64,000 nucleotides of DNA from NCBI GenBank assembly GCA_965287045.1, contig OZ336876.1:23932001-23996000 (forward strand), written 5' to 3'. This DNA is from Carcharhinus amblyrhynchos (lineage: Eukaryota). Below the pieces are notes generated by a model, which saw only the letters and a program-made list of their open reading frames with translations, was not told the origin of the DNA and ran no database searches. The position numbers were made by a program, and so were the translations under genes. Positions 11,532 through 24,763 of the stretch are shown one piece after another (the first letter of the stretch is position 1; every line of letters starts with the position of its first letter).

Positions 11532-13479
11532 CGCGGGTCCTCCTATCTGAATATGCGTGTTCAGTTGTATGGATTCCAAGAAGGTGGGGATGGGGACACT
11601 GAGCTCTAAAATCAAACTGCATATCAGTATATGTTGATCAATGTCATCATCTACTTGTTCTGCATATTTCTGGATTCTGTTAACTGTGCACACTAACACC
11701 GCATAGTCCAGTGTAAGTTGTCCCAGTAGTCGACATACAGCATTTTGGAGTTCTAAGGGCATCCACAGTATCCAAAATGAGCCCAATTTCTTGCCTGCAT
11801 TCTCTTGAATTTTTTTGTATCTGTATAAAACCATTATATTGTTTTGGACAATGAGGGTTAATTTGGCCAGCTTTGATTTTTTTCTCTCACTACCCATCCA
11901 TAATCAATGAGATGTTTTCTGATTTTCGATTTCTCCCTTAATAAATAGTGGCATTTCTTCTCCAACCCTTAAGTTTGGAATGTGTAAATCCTCCATAAAT
12001 AATTTGCAGAGCAAGCCCAACATCAAGTGAAAGAGTTAGTTTATTTCTCACACACAAATCATTTTCTGTGTTGCTGATACTTGCAGCTCCTTTTAACACA
12101 AAAGAAAGTTACTGGTACTTTCAACTCCATTCAAATCAATCTCTAAATTCTATCTGCATAGTTGCCAATCTTTAGCTGCATAAAGAGTTTAATGATTTAA
12201 TGAGAAAAGTTCCTACACCAGTGTTCTAAATGACTGGAACTCTTTAATGGTAGTGACAATGAAGGAGAATGATAAAGTGCATTAATGCATGAATCCAAAT
12301 CAACGGAACAAAGCCCTCAGTCTGCTCAATAAATGATGTTCTGTCTGAAAGGGTGAAACAAAAACAAACATTCATGTTTTCAGGTGCACTATTATTACTT
12401 TTGACGTGTTACGTTTGATGAAGAAATGAGACCTGTAAAACCATTTGGAAGATACAGATAACTGCTTGTGTTTCCTAAGTCGTTGTTTTGGCAGATGACA
12501 TTTAAGTCCAAAGCGTAAGAGCCACAGAATTCTGATCAGAAATTGGAAGCTCCGTTAAAGAAAAATAAATTGCTTCAAGATAAACAAGAATAAAATTAAG
12601 CTCAAAATGTGAAAAGTGGAACATTTGACTCAATCACGGTGGAGATGAATTGGAACAAAAAGTTTCTTCGAAGGCGAAGTAGTTCTTAAAATTCTTTCTC
12701 CCCTGAACAAAAAAGAAATGCAGAAAATTCTGAGAATGACTCTCTTTCGTCTCCAGTTTTCTCAGGTTATAAAAGGTTCACACCACTTCTTTTATGTTTA
12801 CTTTCTTTACTTTGTCGCCAAGATAAGATCCACGTACGGTCAGAAAGATTACTTCTCAATCATTAGTACGAAAACACTTCAACATCAATAAGCAAGTACT
12901 TAGGACTTGGAGCAAGTCCAATGGAAGGAAGACAGTTTGTGCCTTACACATCAAGATTTCTAACAGAATGAAAGAGAGAACTGATGCTCAGTTTGTGTAA
13001 AAAAACTCACAGCCATTAAAAATAAGCCTTGAGGCAAAATATGTCAAGGAAACTGTTTTGAAAAAAAAATGTTTAAATAATGCTCCAAAAGCTGATGCTG
13101 CATTTTCAAAAATATGAATTTTCTATCATCTGAATAAAGGGCATGACGCATTGTTGTTGATGCATTTAGCAGAAAATTTCTGTATTATACAATTAGAAAA
13201 GGTGATATGAATGTCATGTTAATTGACATATAGCTAGGAGCAATACTAAGTATAAAACATATAAGTATATTGATTACTGCAATATTTGCACCTCTATTTA
13301 AGATTGGAATGACCAACACTCAGCAAGCTTCTGGAATAAATGAAGAAATCATTGACAATAAATGCAAAATAGCTTCATACAGCAAAGTATATTTCAACAT
13401 TTTTCAACCAGAGAAAAACAGTTGGCAAATTGAATGGGCTTTTGCCCAATGTAGAATGAATAGTTAGTTATACTGATAA

Positions 13480-14170
13480 TAATAACTTGTATTAATTTGA
13501 TGCCTCAAACGTAAGAAAACACCCCAAAGCACTTTATAGCAGCATAACAAAACAAAATTCAAAATCGAGCTACATGAGGAGATATGGATGTAGGATAGAT
13601 TAATAGCAAATTGGTTTCAAGCAGCATCTTGAAGGAGGAAAAGAGAGGCAGAAAATTGGGAGGTTTAGGGCAGGGATTCCTAAACTGAGGGCCTTGGCAG
13701 CTGAAGGTGCAGCCCCCAGTAGTGGAGGAAATAAAATTGGGAATGTTCAAAAGACTCGAGCAGCGTGGATTTCAGAAGATTGGAAAGGATTGCAGATAAA
13801 GATGGGCTAGGAAGAGGAGGGATTTGAAAACAAGGAGCTAACAATGAGCCAATTGAGGCACAGCATCGCAGAGGGACCAGATCAATGAGCACTGGGGTGA
13901 ACAGGTCTTAATGCAAGTTCGGACATGGAAAGCAGAGGCCTGAGTGCCCTCAAGTTTACAAAGGACAGGACATCATTGTCAAGTTAGGAGTGCACAGAAA
14001 TTGTCTGGCAAAAATGCATGGACAAACGTTTCAGCAGCAGATAAGCTAAGACAGGGATGATGTTGAAGAAATGTTACAGAGATGGAAATAGAGTGTTTTG
14101 GTGATGCATGGGAGAATAAATTAACTTTTAGACTACATTGAAATGTAAAGTTGTGCACAGAGAACAAGAG
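13480..14170 (-). mobile_element. L2-type LINE 3' fragment
   Basis: Minus-strand translation PCLSLSAAETFVHAF (L2 ORF2 C-terminal motif) and GGCTFSCQGPQFRN, with a typical L2 3' end near 13480. Confidence 0.75.
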
Positions 14171-15149
14171 ACATCATTCACCAATCTCTCATGAGCAACG
14201 GCATATTGGTGTACACACTTTGATGGATGTCAACAGTTACAATCCAAACAGCAAAATGAACTGCTTATTAATCACCACATGTTAAGAAGGCTCAAGGAGG
14301 TTGTAATCAATTTGAAATAGGTGGAAAAAAACTCTCATACGTTCTGTCAATTCTGATGACAGACTTTGAGATTTGAAAAAGAAAAGTCAAAACTTATTTT
14401 GAATACAAGTTAGCGTATATCAGACAATAAAGCACCAATTAATTCAAGAAGACTCCAACAATTTTTCTAACATTCTGAGTTCAACATGCCGTCAGCTCAC
14501 TGAGGCACCAATAATCAAATGGTAAGACCTTAAAATTGCAAGAGCACTTCTCAAAAAGGTGCAAGTCTAAGGCACACCTTTAAGTCACTCTTCTGGAATT
14601 TTGTCATGCACCAAATCTGAAGAATATTTGGCTAAAAAACAAAGAGATAGAAGAGATTCCTCCCAATAGCAAAACAATTTTTGAAAATCAGGTTCGTAAA
14701 TGATGCAAAAAAAAGGACCCGCCAAAAGGCCAGAGTTCCTTTACACAAACAAGCAGATTGATTTTTATTTTCAACGATGGTAGAATACGGATGGTAGTGT
14801 ATCAGCTGCCCACTGTATAACCACCCAATTTGCTTCTCTATTGCAGTCAAAGGGTAGGAAAATCAGATTGTGAAGGATAGGCCACCAATTCAATCTCACC
14901 CCAACCAAAAGGTAAAATCATCCCAGTAATGACTAAAATTGCATTATCCAACAACACAGCAAAACAAAAGACAGAGGCCAGCAGGCAACAAAATATTGTG
15001 CCAGCACTGAATCTGGATCTAACTTACAAATAATGCTACCCAAAAAGCAAGAAGCTTAGCAGCATAAAACACATGCACAACAATCTTATTTATCAGTGAC
15101 TTGTAGGCACCATTAATTCTGGTACTGTGGTGCTACCTGCATTTGAACT

Positions 15150-15570
15150 TGCAACAAGACCTGGTCACCCATGAATCATACGTCTAATAACCTATGCAGG
15201 CTCAATTTGAAAATTCTCATCCAAGTGTTCAAATCAATCCGTGATCTCACCCCTTTCTTTTTTGTACCTCCTCAAGTCCTACAATCCCCCAAACTATCTG
15301 TGTTCCTCCAATTTTAACCTGTTGTTGCACATATCGTACTTTTATCAGTCGCGTTAGTGTAGATGCTCCTCTCTAAACTCTGCCTTTTGACCCCTCTCCC
15401 TCTCTCCCCAAGATGCTCCTTAACCCCCATCTCATTGACAATACTTTTGCTCATCTGTCTTAATAACAATTTACATCTCTCAATATCAAATTTTGATTGT
15501 TAAAACTCCTTTGAGGAAATTTCAGATGTTTTATTATATTTAAAGGTGTTTTCTAAATGCAAGTTGTTGA
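15150..15570 (+). mobile_element. L2-type LINE 3' fragment
   Basis: aaattctcatccaagtgttcaaatc...tgttcctccaatt...tttctaaatgcaagttgttg. Homologous to 13480-13800 (opposite strand) and 34480-34930. Confidence 0.65.
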
Positions 15571-15933
15571 TGTCGTAAACACAACAATGTGGATATGGTT
15601 TTGAAGAGACTATTGCAGAAATACACCAAACACCATGACTGCCAATTTATTTATATTTTGCTACAGTAAGAAATGCTACTTTAATCCTTTACATGTATGT
15701 GGGAATGGGACAGGGACATGGGTGTGGGCATTGGACGCAATGTTTCCTCTGCACTATAGCTGTAGAAAGTTCAGAAACATTGTTACAATTTTGTTACATC
15801 TATCCCACAAATTAAAGCATCCGTACATGGTTTACAACACCACAATACATCTATGAAACACTAAATATTCAGCACCGACTGATGAACAGGGCAACAAAAT
15901 ACAAATCTTGCTTTATAAATTCCACTCACTTAC

Positions 15934-16090
15934 TTGTAAATGTCAGTTCAAATCCTTGCTCAGTTGCAGTTCCATTTGTATTGAACTCAAGCCACATATG
16001 GTTTGATGTGCTATTTAAAACAACTCCCAGCAATTCTGATTGAGTAAAAACTCCGAGGCGCCGAAAGCTGTTATCTTTTCCATCATACAC
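15934..16090 (-). CDS. CSMD1: CSMD1 internal exon (157 nt), C-half of CUB7
   Basis: Not in the ORF track. ttttAG|GTG TAT GAT gives VYDGKDNSFRRLGVFTQSELLGVVLNSTSNHMWLEFNTNGTATEQGFELTFT, donor A|GTAAGT. Confidence 0.95.
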
Positions 16091-16620
16091 CTAAAATGAG
16101 AGGGCATAGAGGTTTTTGGAAGCGACTTAATAACTTCATAATGACTTCAAACTTGTCTAATTCTTGGTTCATACTGGTCAAACTTGTTACGATGATGGGA
16201 ATTGTGACTCATTGGTATTAACCTGTAATTTCAGCAACTACCGAAACATATAATGAACTGTCTAAAAAGGGCTTTTAAAAGGCCAAAAAAGACACTGACA
16301 AGGACATTAGTTTCCAGCTGACCGCACGCCTTCTGCACACCATACACACGGTGCATGAGTGAAGCCGGTACGTACACCGGAATACTGATTAAAAATCAGG
16401 TCCAATGTGTGAAGCTCAACAGAAGGAAGTCACTCAACGACTTTCATTTCATTTGCATGTTTGATATGGCAAATTATTCCAGGAGGCTTCACACCAGCGT
16501 AATCAGACAAAAATGAATGCCAAACCAAAGGATGAGGTATCAGGAGCTGTGATGAATTAAAGGGTTTCTACCATGACAATGGTAAGGGATATAAAATTTC
16601 CTTTTGTCTGTTAAGTGCCC

Positions 16621-16665
16621 AGGGGGAAGGGGGGAGGGGGGAGGGGGGAGGGGGGAGGGGGGAGT
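16621..16665 (+). repeat. G-rich (GGGGGA)n tract, G-quadruplex-capable on the + strand
   Basis: agggggaagggggagggggggaggggggaggggggaggggggag: seven G-runs. Confidence 0.85.
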
Positions 16666-18182
16666 TGAGGAAGAGAGCACGTGAGAGAGAGCAGGAGTGA
16701 TAAAACGATGTTGGAGTAGTAGGTCAGCCGTACACCAAATCCAGAGATTTGTCCCTGCTGATGACATAGTAATGCCAAAACAACCATCAAAACTAGAGGA
16801 AGAAAACAGGATGCTCACACACAACCTGCATGATCTCCTGGAATGATACCTCCAGACCTAGCAACTCAGTCCCAAACCAGAGAAGACAGATATGTTGTGT
16901 CCCACCTGAACAATAACACTGCTGCGAAAGAAGAAAATAAAAGCCTCGTGCTGCCTCAGGAGATAGAAAGTCAAGGAAAAAAACTAAGGCACAGATGACT
17001 TACTAGCAATTAATGTTAAATAAATACATCCACAGATGTAAATATCTCTTGCTTTCTGCCCTAAGGTCAGAATACAATTCTTGGTGTGCCAGTGCCTCAT
17101 TTGTCTCACTCAAGCTATTTCTGCTGGTCAACAGTTGAACACCAAACAGCAGAACAAAATGACTTAGAGAGGCAATGATCTGTAATGAATCTGATGTGAA
17201 CTGCCCAGTTTGCAGAGAAACAAGAGGAAGAATGTGTGTAATTATAGCAAATCTGGCAAAGAAATGAAAAGAGAATGCATCAGATCAATTCCCATTAAGC
17301 AAACATAATAAGAATTTAGTTAACACCTCTCCTTGTTTGACTGAGTGAAATATTGGTTTCATCACATTGAAATTGTCTACAACTCAATTCAGATGTCCAG
17401 CATTGCATCGATAATAACAGCAATATTATTTTTCCCAAACAATAACCAATGGGCTGTACGTTAAAAAAAAACCTAGCAATGGAAACTCAGACATTTATTC
17501 CTGGGCAGTTTGACATACAGTCAGTTCATGCCATTACTCACTGTTATCATATTGTTAAGTTAACATACTACTTGGTTCCAAAACAATCCAGGAGGCAAAA
17601 CAGACCACACCAAAAAAAAGTTTTGTTCACAGAAGACCAAGACATGCCCTTCTGATGAAATATTAGAGATCATTCTACTCTTAGATCTATTCCTTGGCAT
17701 CATCTTCTTCAGAAAAGGATAAGTAAAAGCATACAAAAAGGAGACAAGTGAAGTCCAGGATGTTCTTAGGATGTGAAAGATGCAAATGCAAGATTATTTT
17801 TCCCTTTCGAGCAAGATTGGACTGTGAGTATTTGCAAGTTGTCTAACCAAGGACAAAGGTGTGAGTGAATGTCTATGTACTGTGGCTTGAGATTTCTTCT
17901 CTGAATTCTAAGGCTATATGAATCTCAGCTACCACCTTGGCCAAGGTCACCTAACTCTTGAGGTCCAAAATTGAACTTGAAAACTTCCTGGCTATGGTTC
18001 ATTACCACATTTTTTGGCAAAACTTTGATTGCTCATATTTCAAATGGAAATGAAATCCATTACAAATTCAATCAACTAAAGTAAGGATGAAAACCAATGA
18101 AGCATTGTCTGAAACAAGTTCTTTCATCAATTTGTCGTTCAAGTTTGTTCACGCAGCTGTATGATTCACTTTTATAATTTTA

Positions 18183-18494
<312 letters not shown>

Positions 18495-19333
18495 TTAAAA
18501 TATCCTTTAGAACAAATACAGGGGAAAGAAAAAAAGATACAAAATGACAACTCAGTTATACAATACTACTTAAAATTGCTGCTTGACATAAACATCTCCT
18601 ACACCATTCCTATGGAGGGACATATACACTCACAGCGAGTGCAAAATATAAGACTTGAACTGGAAATTGTGATTTGTTTATCTGTCATAAGCACCATTAA
18701 CCATAATATTTAAAAATCACTAAAATGAACCATTTATACAGCTTATTAGCTGCAAGATTAGCTGTGGGTAATGATGCAGCAAACAAGACAATTTTGGAAC
18801 CATAATAGTAACATGTGAAGTTTTAAATAACTATTAAACATAGTCTAAGAGATCCATTATCAGCGTGCCTGAGAATAAAGACAGGAGCGTGCTGCTTCAA
18901 CCGTCATTCATACAATGCTGCTCAATTCATTGTCAACAAAGCTAAAATGCTGTATGAATGTATTTACTTTGGAGTTGGTTGGCAAAGTCCATCAGTCTCT
19001 CTGGGTTGCGGAACTACAAAAAATCCTAGCCTGCGGTGGACGAAATAAGAATGATATCCACCCGGCCTTTAGACATTGTCTTTTATAGTAGGCGTGAGTA
19101 CATTCACTTTAGGAGCGCTGTTGTGTATGTAAAGCACTGCATGGGCTATTAAAAATTTGTAATGCACATGTGGTGCACATGCCAAATGCACACAATATAT
19201 TTGTCATCATTCTGCCAGCAGTACACTAATTTTTTTCATAAACTTAATACTCCATTTGGATTTCATTTCTTTTTCAGTTTGCTAGCCATTCTAGTCTAAA
19301 CAATCAAATAACATTTTCATACAACTCTCCTGC

Positions 19334-19480
19334 TAAGAAGTCTCACAACACCAGGTTATAGTCCAACAGGTTTATTGGGTAGCAAAAGCTTTTCTACCAA
19401 ATAAAGCTGTTGGGCTTTAACCTGGTGATGTGAGATTTCTAATTGTGTTTACCCCAGTCCAACGCTGGCATCTCCACATC
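19334..19480. mobile_element. Penelope-like inverted terminal-repeat remnant forming a ~109 bp palindrome
   Basis: Arms 19334-19388 and 19389-19442 are reverse complements (about 7 mismatches plus 1 bulge). The one-sided extension cccagtccaacgctggcatctccacatc is typical of the shark Penelope-like ends I recall. Confidence 0.7.
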
Positions 19481-20681
19481 AAAACAAACTGGTTACAGCC
19501 AAGAATGTGAATGTTTAGCCAGCTCTCTAGCCTTTGTCAATACTGCTTTGAGCAGCTAGCAGGTGCTTAGCGTGCAGAATGGGGACAAATTTCCTTCTTA
19601 ATTTTTTTCTCCATAGCTGTAGAGAAGAATCATACTTTTGTTTGATAGTTTCCCAGTGCAGAAGACAATAATAGCCACCACACTGTGGCACTAGCGTGCT
19701 ACTCCATCTCAGTTTAAGTAGTTAGAACATGTATTGATGAAGTCAGAGGACGAAAACCCAAATCCCATTTTCTGCTATTAAATTCAATTTGGATAGAGCA
19801 GGTGTTCCATTCCCTTTCAATTGAGCAAAGGAAGAAAGTAATGAACTCACAAGGAAAGGCAGGTCTTGGAACCTACTGTGGACTATTGAGCAGGCTGACT
19901 TTGGAGTGGCTCTTGGCACAGGTCATTGCATTGTTAGCGCAGCAGAACTGGTGCACATAATTGCACTGACGTACAGAGTGCACATAATTATACTGATGTG
20001 CAGGGTGCAACAGGCAAATGAAGGTAGGCTAGGACATTAAGTAATGACCTCCAAAGTATATGCATGTGGCCAATGCTACTCTTAATGTATGAGCATCACC
20101 CATGATTAACACATGGATAAAAAGTTCTATAAGTTGTGTCATTCATCAACATTCAACTTCTCCAATACTTGGCTGTTGCTAAATTTTGGAGAGTCCATTA
20201 AGTAGAAAAAAATCCAAAAAAGTACTTATAAAATAGCTTCAGTTGTAAAAACAATGCTTTGAATATTTGGGAGATATGTATGAGCATAATATGCCATTCC
20301 TTGACCACATTGGAAAATAAATTCATATCGTGGCACAAAGAGAAAACAAAGAGCAGATTATAAAACTGCTCAATGAACTAGTGAGGAATGCATTGAAGAA
20401 TGTGGCACTGAGCCATAGAGAAAGGTCTCAGAGACCCAGGTATGGTTGCTTATTTATGACTAGGTAGATTATTTCTGGCAAGATAATAGAACTGATTACA
20501 GCCTTCCTCTCTGTTACTCCCTCCTGAGAAAGTACTCATCAGCCAGCTGGACAGAAGATCAGGTTTGGTTGCATTCCATTCCTCAACCTCAACCTATTCC
20601 CTGAAACTGGTTAATTTGTTCCATATCTAGGTTTTGCGACAAGAATGGCCAATGTGGGACAAGTACTGCGACCAATCAGCA

Positions 20682-21015
20682 AACCAGTTGGCACAGCTGC
20701 CTCACAGCTCTGGGGACCCAGGTCAATTCCAGTTTTGGGTGGCTGTCTTCATGGAGTTTGCATGTTCTCTCCATGTCTGCATGGGTTTCGTCCAAGTGCT
20801 CCGAGTTCCTCCCACACTCCAAAAACGTACAGGTTAGGTTGATTGCCCATGCTAAATTACGCCTTTGTGTCCAAAGATATGGAAGTTAGGTGGATTAGCT
20901 ATGACAAATGCACAGGGTTAAGGGATTGGATAAGATACTCTGTTGGACAGTTGGTGCAGACTCGATGGGCTGAATGGCCTTTTCTGCACTGAGGGATGCT
21001 ATGATGATTTTATGA
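20682..21015 (+). mobile_element. HE1-like SINE
   Basis: gttggcacagctgcctcacagctctggggacccaggtcaattcc...tggagtttgcatgttctc...ctgcactgagggatgctatgatg. Confidence 0.82.
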
Positions 21016-21158
21016 ATCTCCAATTTCTGCAGAATCCTGTAAGCAACTTTAATATTTTACTGTTTCTTAATGAGCCCAATTTATGTTCAGTTCTAACAAT
21101 GCATGTATGGATTAATCTCAACTAAATACATAAAAATTCCCTACTCTGCACTAGAAAT

Positions 21159-22185
21159 GGAATGGTAGCATGATGGTAATATTAGTGGGCTAGTAATCCA
21201 GAGGCACGGCTTTAATGATTTGAAGATATGAGTTCAAGTCCCATCATTTCAGCTGGTGGAATTTTAAATTTGGCTAATTAATAAATCAGGAATACAAAAT
21301 TTGCCTCAATAATGGTGGCCAAAGAACTACCAGAGTGTTGCAGAAACTTATCTGTTCCACTCATACTGTTTCAGAATGGGAATTGTGCCATCATTATCCA
21401 CGCTGACCTACATGTGTTTCCAGACATGCCCCCGGCAATGTGGTTGACTCTTAACTGTTCCCCAAAATGGTCTAAACAAGCCACTTAGTTATCCTAAATC
21501 ACTAGAAAAGTCAAAAAATAATGAAGTTTGGACCACTCAGCATCATTGTAGGTACTGGAAATGACAGTGACATACTCTGCCCAGTCAACCTTGCAACCAT
21601 TAACATCCGGTAACTTGTCCCAAGATCGAGAGAGCTGACGCACAGGGCTAGTCAAGCAGCATCTTACATTGCCATGCTCTCTTAAGCCAAGAGACATATC
21701 GAGCACCTTCATTATATTCCCAGGACACATCCACTAGAGGTAGCAGAAGCATGATACATAATCCAGAGGGAGTGGCCCTGGGAGTTCTCTGTGTTAACTG
21801 TGAACTCCATGAAGTCTCGAGGCATCAGGTAAAATATGGGCAAGAAAACCTTCTGCTGATTATCAGTACTCCTTCATATGGGATGCCACTCGAAAGAGAT
21901 ACTCAAGGTAACAAAGACACTAAGTGTATTTGGAGTGGAGGATTTCCATTTCCATCACCAAGAGTGGTTTGGTAGTACTCATACTGATTAAGTTGGTCGA
22001 GCCCAAAAGATCATATCTGCCAGACTGGGCCTGTAAAAGATGGTGAGGGAACCAAAAAGGAAAAACCTACTTGACCTCATCCTCACCATTCTATCTATCT
22101 TCGATACATCTGTCCTTGACTGTATTGGCAGGAGTGACAACCCTACAGCCCTTGTGAAGGTGAAGTGCCATCTTCTTACTGAGGT
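21159..22185 (+). mobile_element. 5' portion of CR1-Zenon-like LINE: tRNA-derived head plus degenerate APE endonuclease
   Basis: A-box-like TAGCATGATGG (21166) and B-box-like GAGTTCAAGTCCC (21230); body homologous to SINE 314-598. Then APE remnants: EGVALGVL...HEVSRHQVKYGQENLLLI, a GDF-like motif at ~21935, and VREPKRKNLLDLILT...IGRSDN. Confidence 0.75.
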
Positions 22186-23620
22186 CTATTGTACATGGTT
22201 TTGGTGTCTTTATCTAAAGAATGTTATACTGGCCACAGAGGAAGTGATACATGGGTTCACCAGACTGATTCCTGGGATAATAGGATTGTTAATGAGGAGA
22301 CATTGAGGATACTGGGTTTATATTCCTGAGAATTTAGAAAAATGTGAGGTGAACTCATTGAGACATACAAAATTTTTACAGGGTTCAACAGGGTAGATGC
22401 ATGAAAGATATCCCTATTTGTGGGATCGAGAACCAGGGGTAAGTTCTCAGAATAAGAGTACATACAACATAAAACATTACAGCGCAGAACAGGCCCTTCG
22501 GCCCACGACGTTGCGCCGGCCAGTTAAAAAACAATGACCCTCTAACCTAAACCAATCCCTTTCCATCCATAAACCTATCCACGGATCTCTTAAACGCCCC
22601 CAAACTAGGTGCATTTACAACTGCAGCAGGCAGGGCATTCCAATCCCTCACCACCCTCTGGGTAAAGAACCTACCCCTGACATCCGTCCTATAACTACCA
22701 CCCCTTAATTTAAAGCTATGCCCCCTCGTGCTAGCTTTCTCCATCCGAGGAAAAAGGCTATCACTGTCCACCCTATCCAAACCTCTAATCATCCTGTATG
22801 TTTCAATAAGGTCCCCTCGCAGCCGCCTTCTTTCTAACGAAAACAACCTCAAATCCCTCAGTCTCTCCTCATAGGACCTCCCCTCCATACCAGGCAACAT
22901 CCTGGTAAACCTCCTCTGCACCCTCTCCAAAGCCTCCACATCCTTCCTATAATGTGGGGACCAGAACTGCACACAATACTCCAAGTGCGGACGCACTAGA
23001 GTTTTGTACAGTTGCAACATGATGCTGCGGCTCCTAAATTCAATCCCCCTACCAATAAACGCCAAGACACCGTATGCCGTCCTAACAACCCTATCTACTT
23101 GATTCCCAACTTTCAGGGATCTATGTACATAAACGCCAAGACACCGTATGCCTTTCTAACAACCCTATCTACTTGATTCCCAACTTTCAGGGATCTATGT
23201 ACACATACACCTAGATCCCTCTGTTCATCCACGCTATTCAGAGTCCTACCGTTAGCCCTATACTCTACACATCCATTACTCCTGCCAAAGTGAATTACCT
23301 CACACTTTTCCGCATTAAACTCCATCCTCCACCTCTCGGCCCAGCTCTGCAACTTGTCCAAGTCTCCCTGTAGACTAAGACACCCTTCCTCACTATCAAC
23401 CACACCTCCGACTTTGGTGTCGGCTTTTTAGGACTAAGATGAGGGTGATGAAGCTTTGGAATTCCCCACCCGAGAGCTCTACGGAACTCAGTCACTGAAT
23501 ATATTCAGGGCAGAGACTAATAGATTTCTTGATTTCTTTTGGCTCAAGTTATAATGCAGGAAAATGGAGCTGAGGAAGAAGGTCAACTGTGGTCAAGTTG
23601 AATGGTGGAGCAGGCTTAGT
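22186..23620 (+). mobile_element. Older CR1 3' fragment split by a younger CR1
   Basis: FTRLIPG...LGLYS.EFR..GELIETYK up to tctcagaataagagt (22459), resuming gtcggctttttaggactaagatgagg (23419) through the 3' UTR. Confidence 0.8.
22461..23421 (-). mobile_element. Young CR1 LINE (RT C-terminus plus 3' UTR) with internal 74-bp duplication
   Basis: ORFs 23113-23403 (LQGDLDKLQSWAERWRMEFNAEKCEVIHFG) and 22547-23065 (LYKTLVRPHLEYCVQFWSP) are separated only by the duplication-induced frameshift. Confidence 0.93.
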
Positions 23621-24763
23621 GGCGGTGGGCATGAAGAAACTGTTTACTAAGGGACAGATTCTTGTGCAAATAATGCAAATCTAAGAGGCCTACAGCCTCA
23701 CTAATATCTTTTGATTAAATTTTAAGCACAAATTTCAGCCAAGACAGAACTATAGTTTCCTTATGACATGTACATTGCCCAGTTCAGGGGCTACAGTCAT
23801 CTGAGTGTGCTGTATATGTTACACTCACTGAAATGGCCAGATAGGATAAGCTACCCCACAATTCCACCACAATATCAGTTGCACTGATCTATAATTACAT
23901 TAACTGTTTGGGTACAACAAAAATAGCATTTGATTATGCATCAAAAGTAATGTTCCCAATTTTGTCTGAACCATAGTGAGGCTATGTTTGAAATATATAT
24001 AATTTCAAGCTCCAACCTTTTAAAAGGCCATTGATGAATGAATTTCAGAGGATTCAGAAAAGAGAAACAAGGACAATTTCAGAATGTCGGGCTCTGCATG
24101 ATGATTCATCTTCTAAAGTTAAACTTGTATCTGCTGGGTAAAAGAATATTTGCTAGTGACCACGATGGATACCTTAAAAAAAGTGCCATAAGATGTAGAT
24201 GATATAAATATGCCTTGTATCTCGTATTGCAAGTATAGTATGAGAAGACAGATTTAAAATGATCAAAACTCAGTATCACCCCATGATATGTTGTCCTCTT
24301 TAAAATAAAGCATTAATAGCAATCAGAAATGGAACAGAAGGATGAAAGGACAGATCTGGCTTTAAATATCTCATGGGATGTGCTGATTCTTGCACTGACG
24401 GAGCTAAAGGGAGCATTCCAAAGTTAGACAATGGAAGCATAAGGTTGATAAATATTTGAGTGTTTTGATTGATTATATTCATGAATGAGAGCGTATTTAT
24501 ACAGAAATTTCTTTCACGAGCTTAACCAGGTCAAGGCAGTATTCACAATTATATGGACGGAACAAAGTTGGTTCAAGGAGCAGGCTTGATGGCTTATCAA
24601 CTCATTTTGTTCCAGGTTTCTATACCTCAGATAAATTGTAAGCTGCAAGATTAAATCTGTGACATAGCGTATATTGGGACCATAGAAACTAGAAGCAGGA
24701 GTAGGCCAGTAGGCCCTTTGAGCCTTTCATTTCGATCATGGTGGGTCATTAAATCCAATATCC

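Noticed and set aside
11530-12800. 149-aa minus ORF and adjacent coding-looking sequence
   Set aside because: Runs into a LINE 3' end and has no identifiable motif; cannot be assigned without a search.
14353-14380. ctgatgacagactttgagatttgaaa, hammerhead/Penelope-like motif
   Set aside because: Poor stem II and no stem I/III partners; at best a decayed fragment.
1-15933. Expected next CSMD1 exon (Sushi7)
   Set aside because: No CEDPG...VWD-type sequence found by eye on the minus strand; it probably lies beyond the window start, so it is not annotated.
19951-20010. 27-bp tandem duplication (gtgcacataatt...) as a CRISPR-like repeat
   Set aside because: Two adjacent degenerate copies, no spacers, eukaryotic intron; an ordinary slippage duplication.
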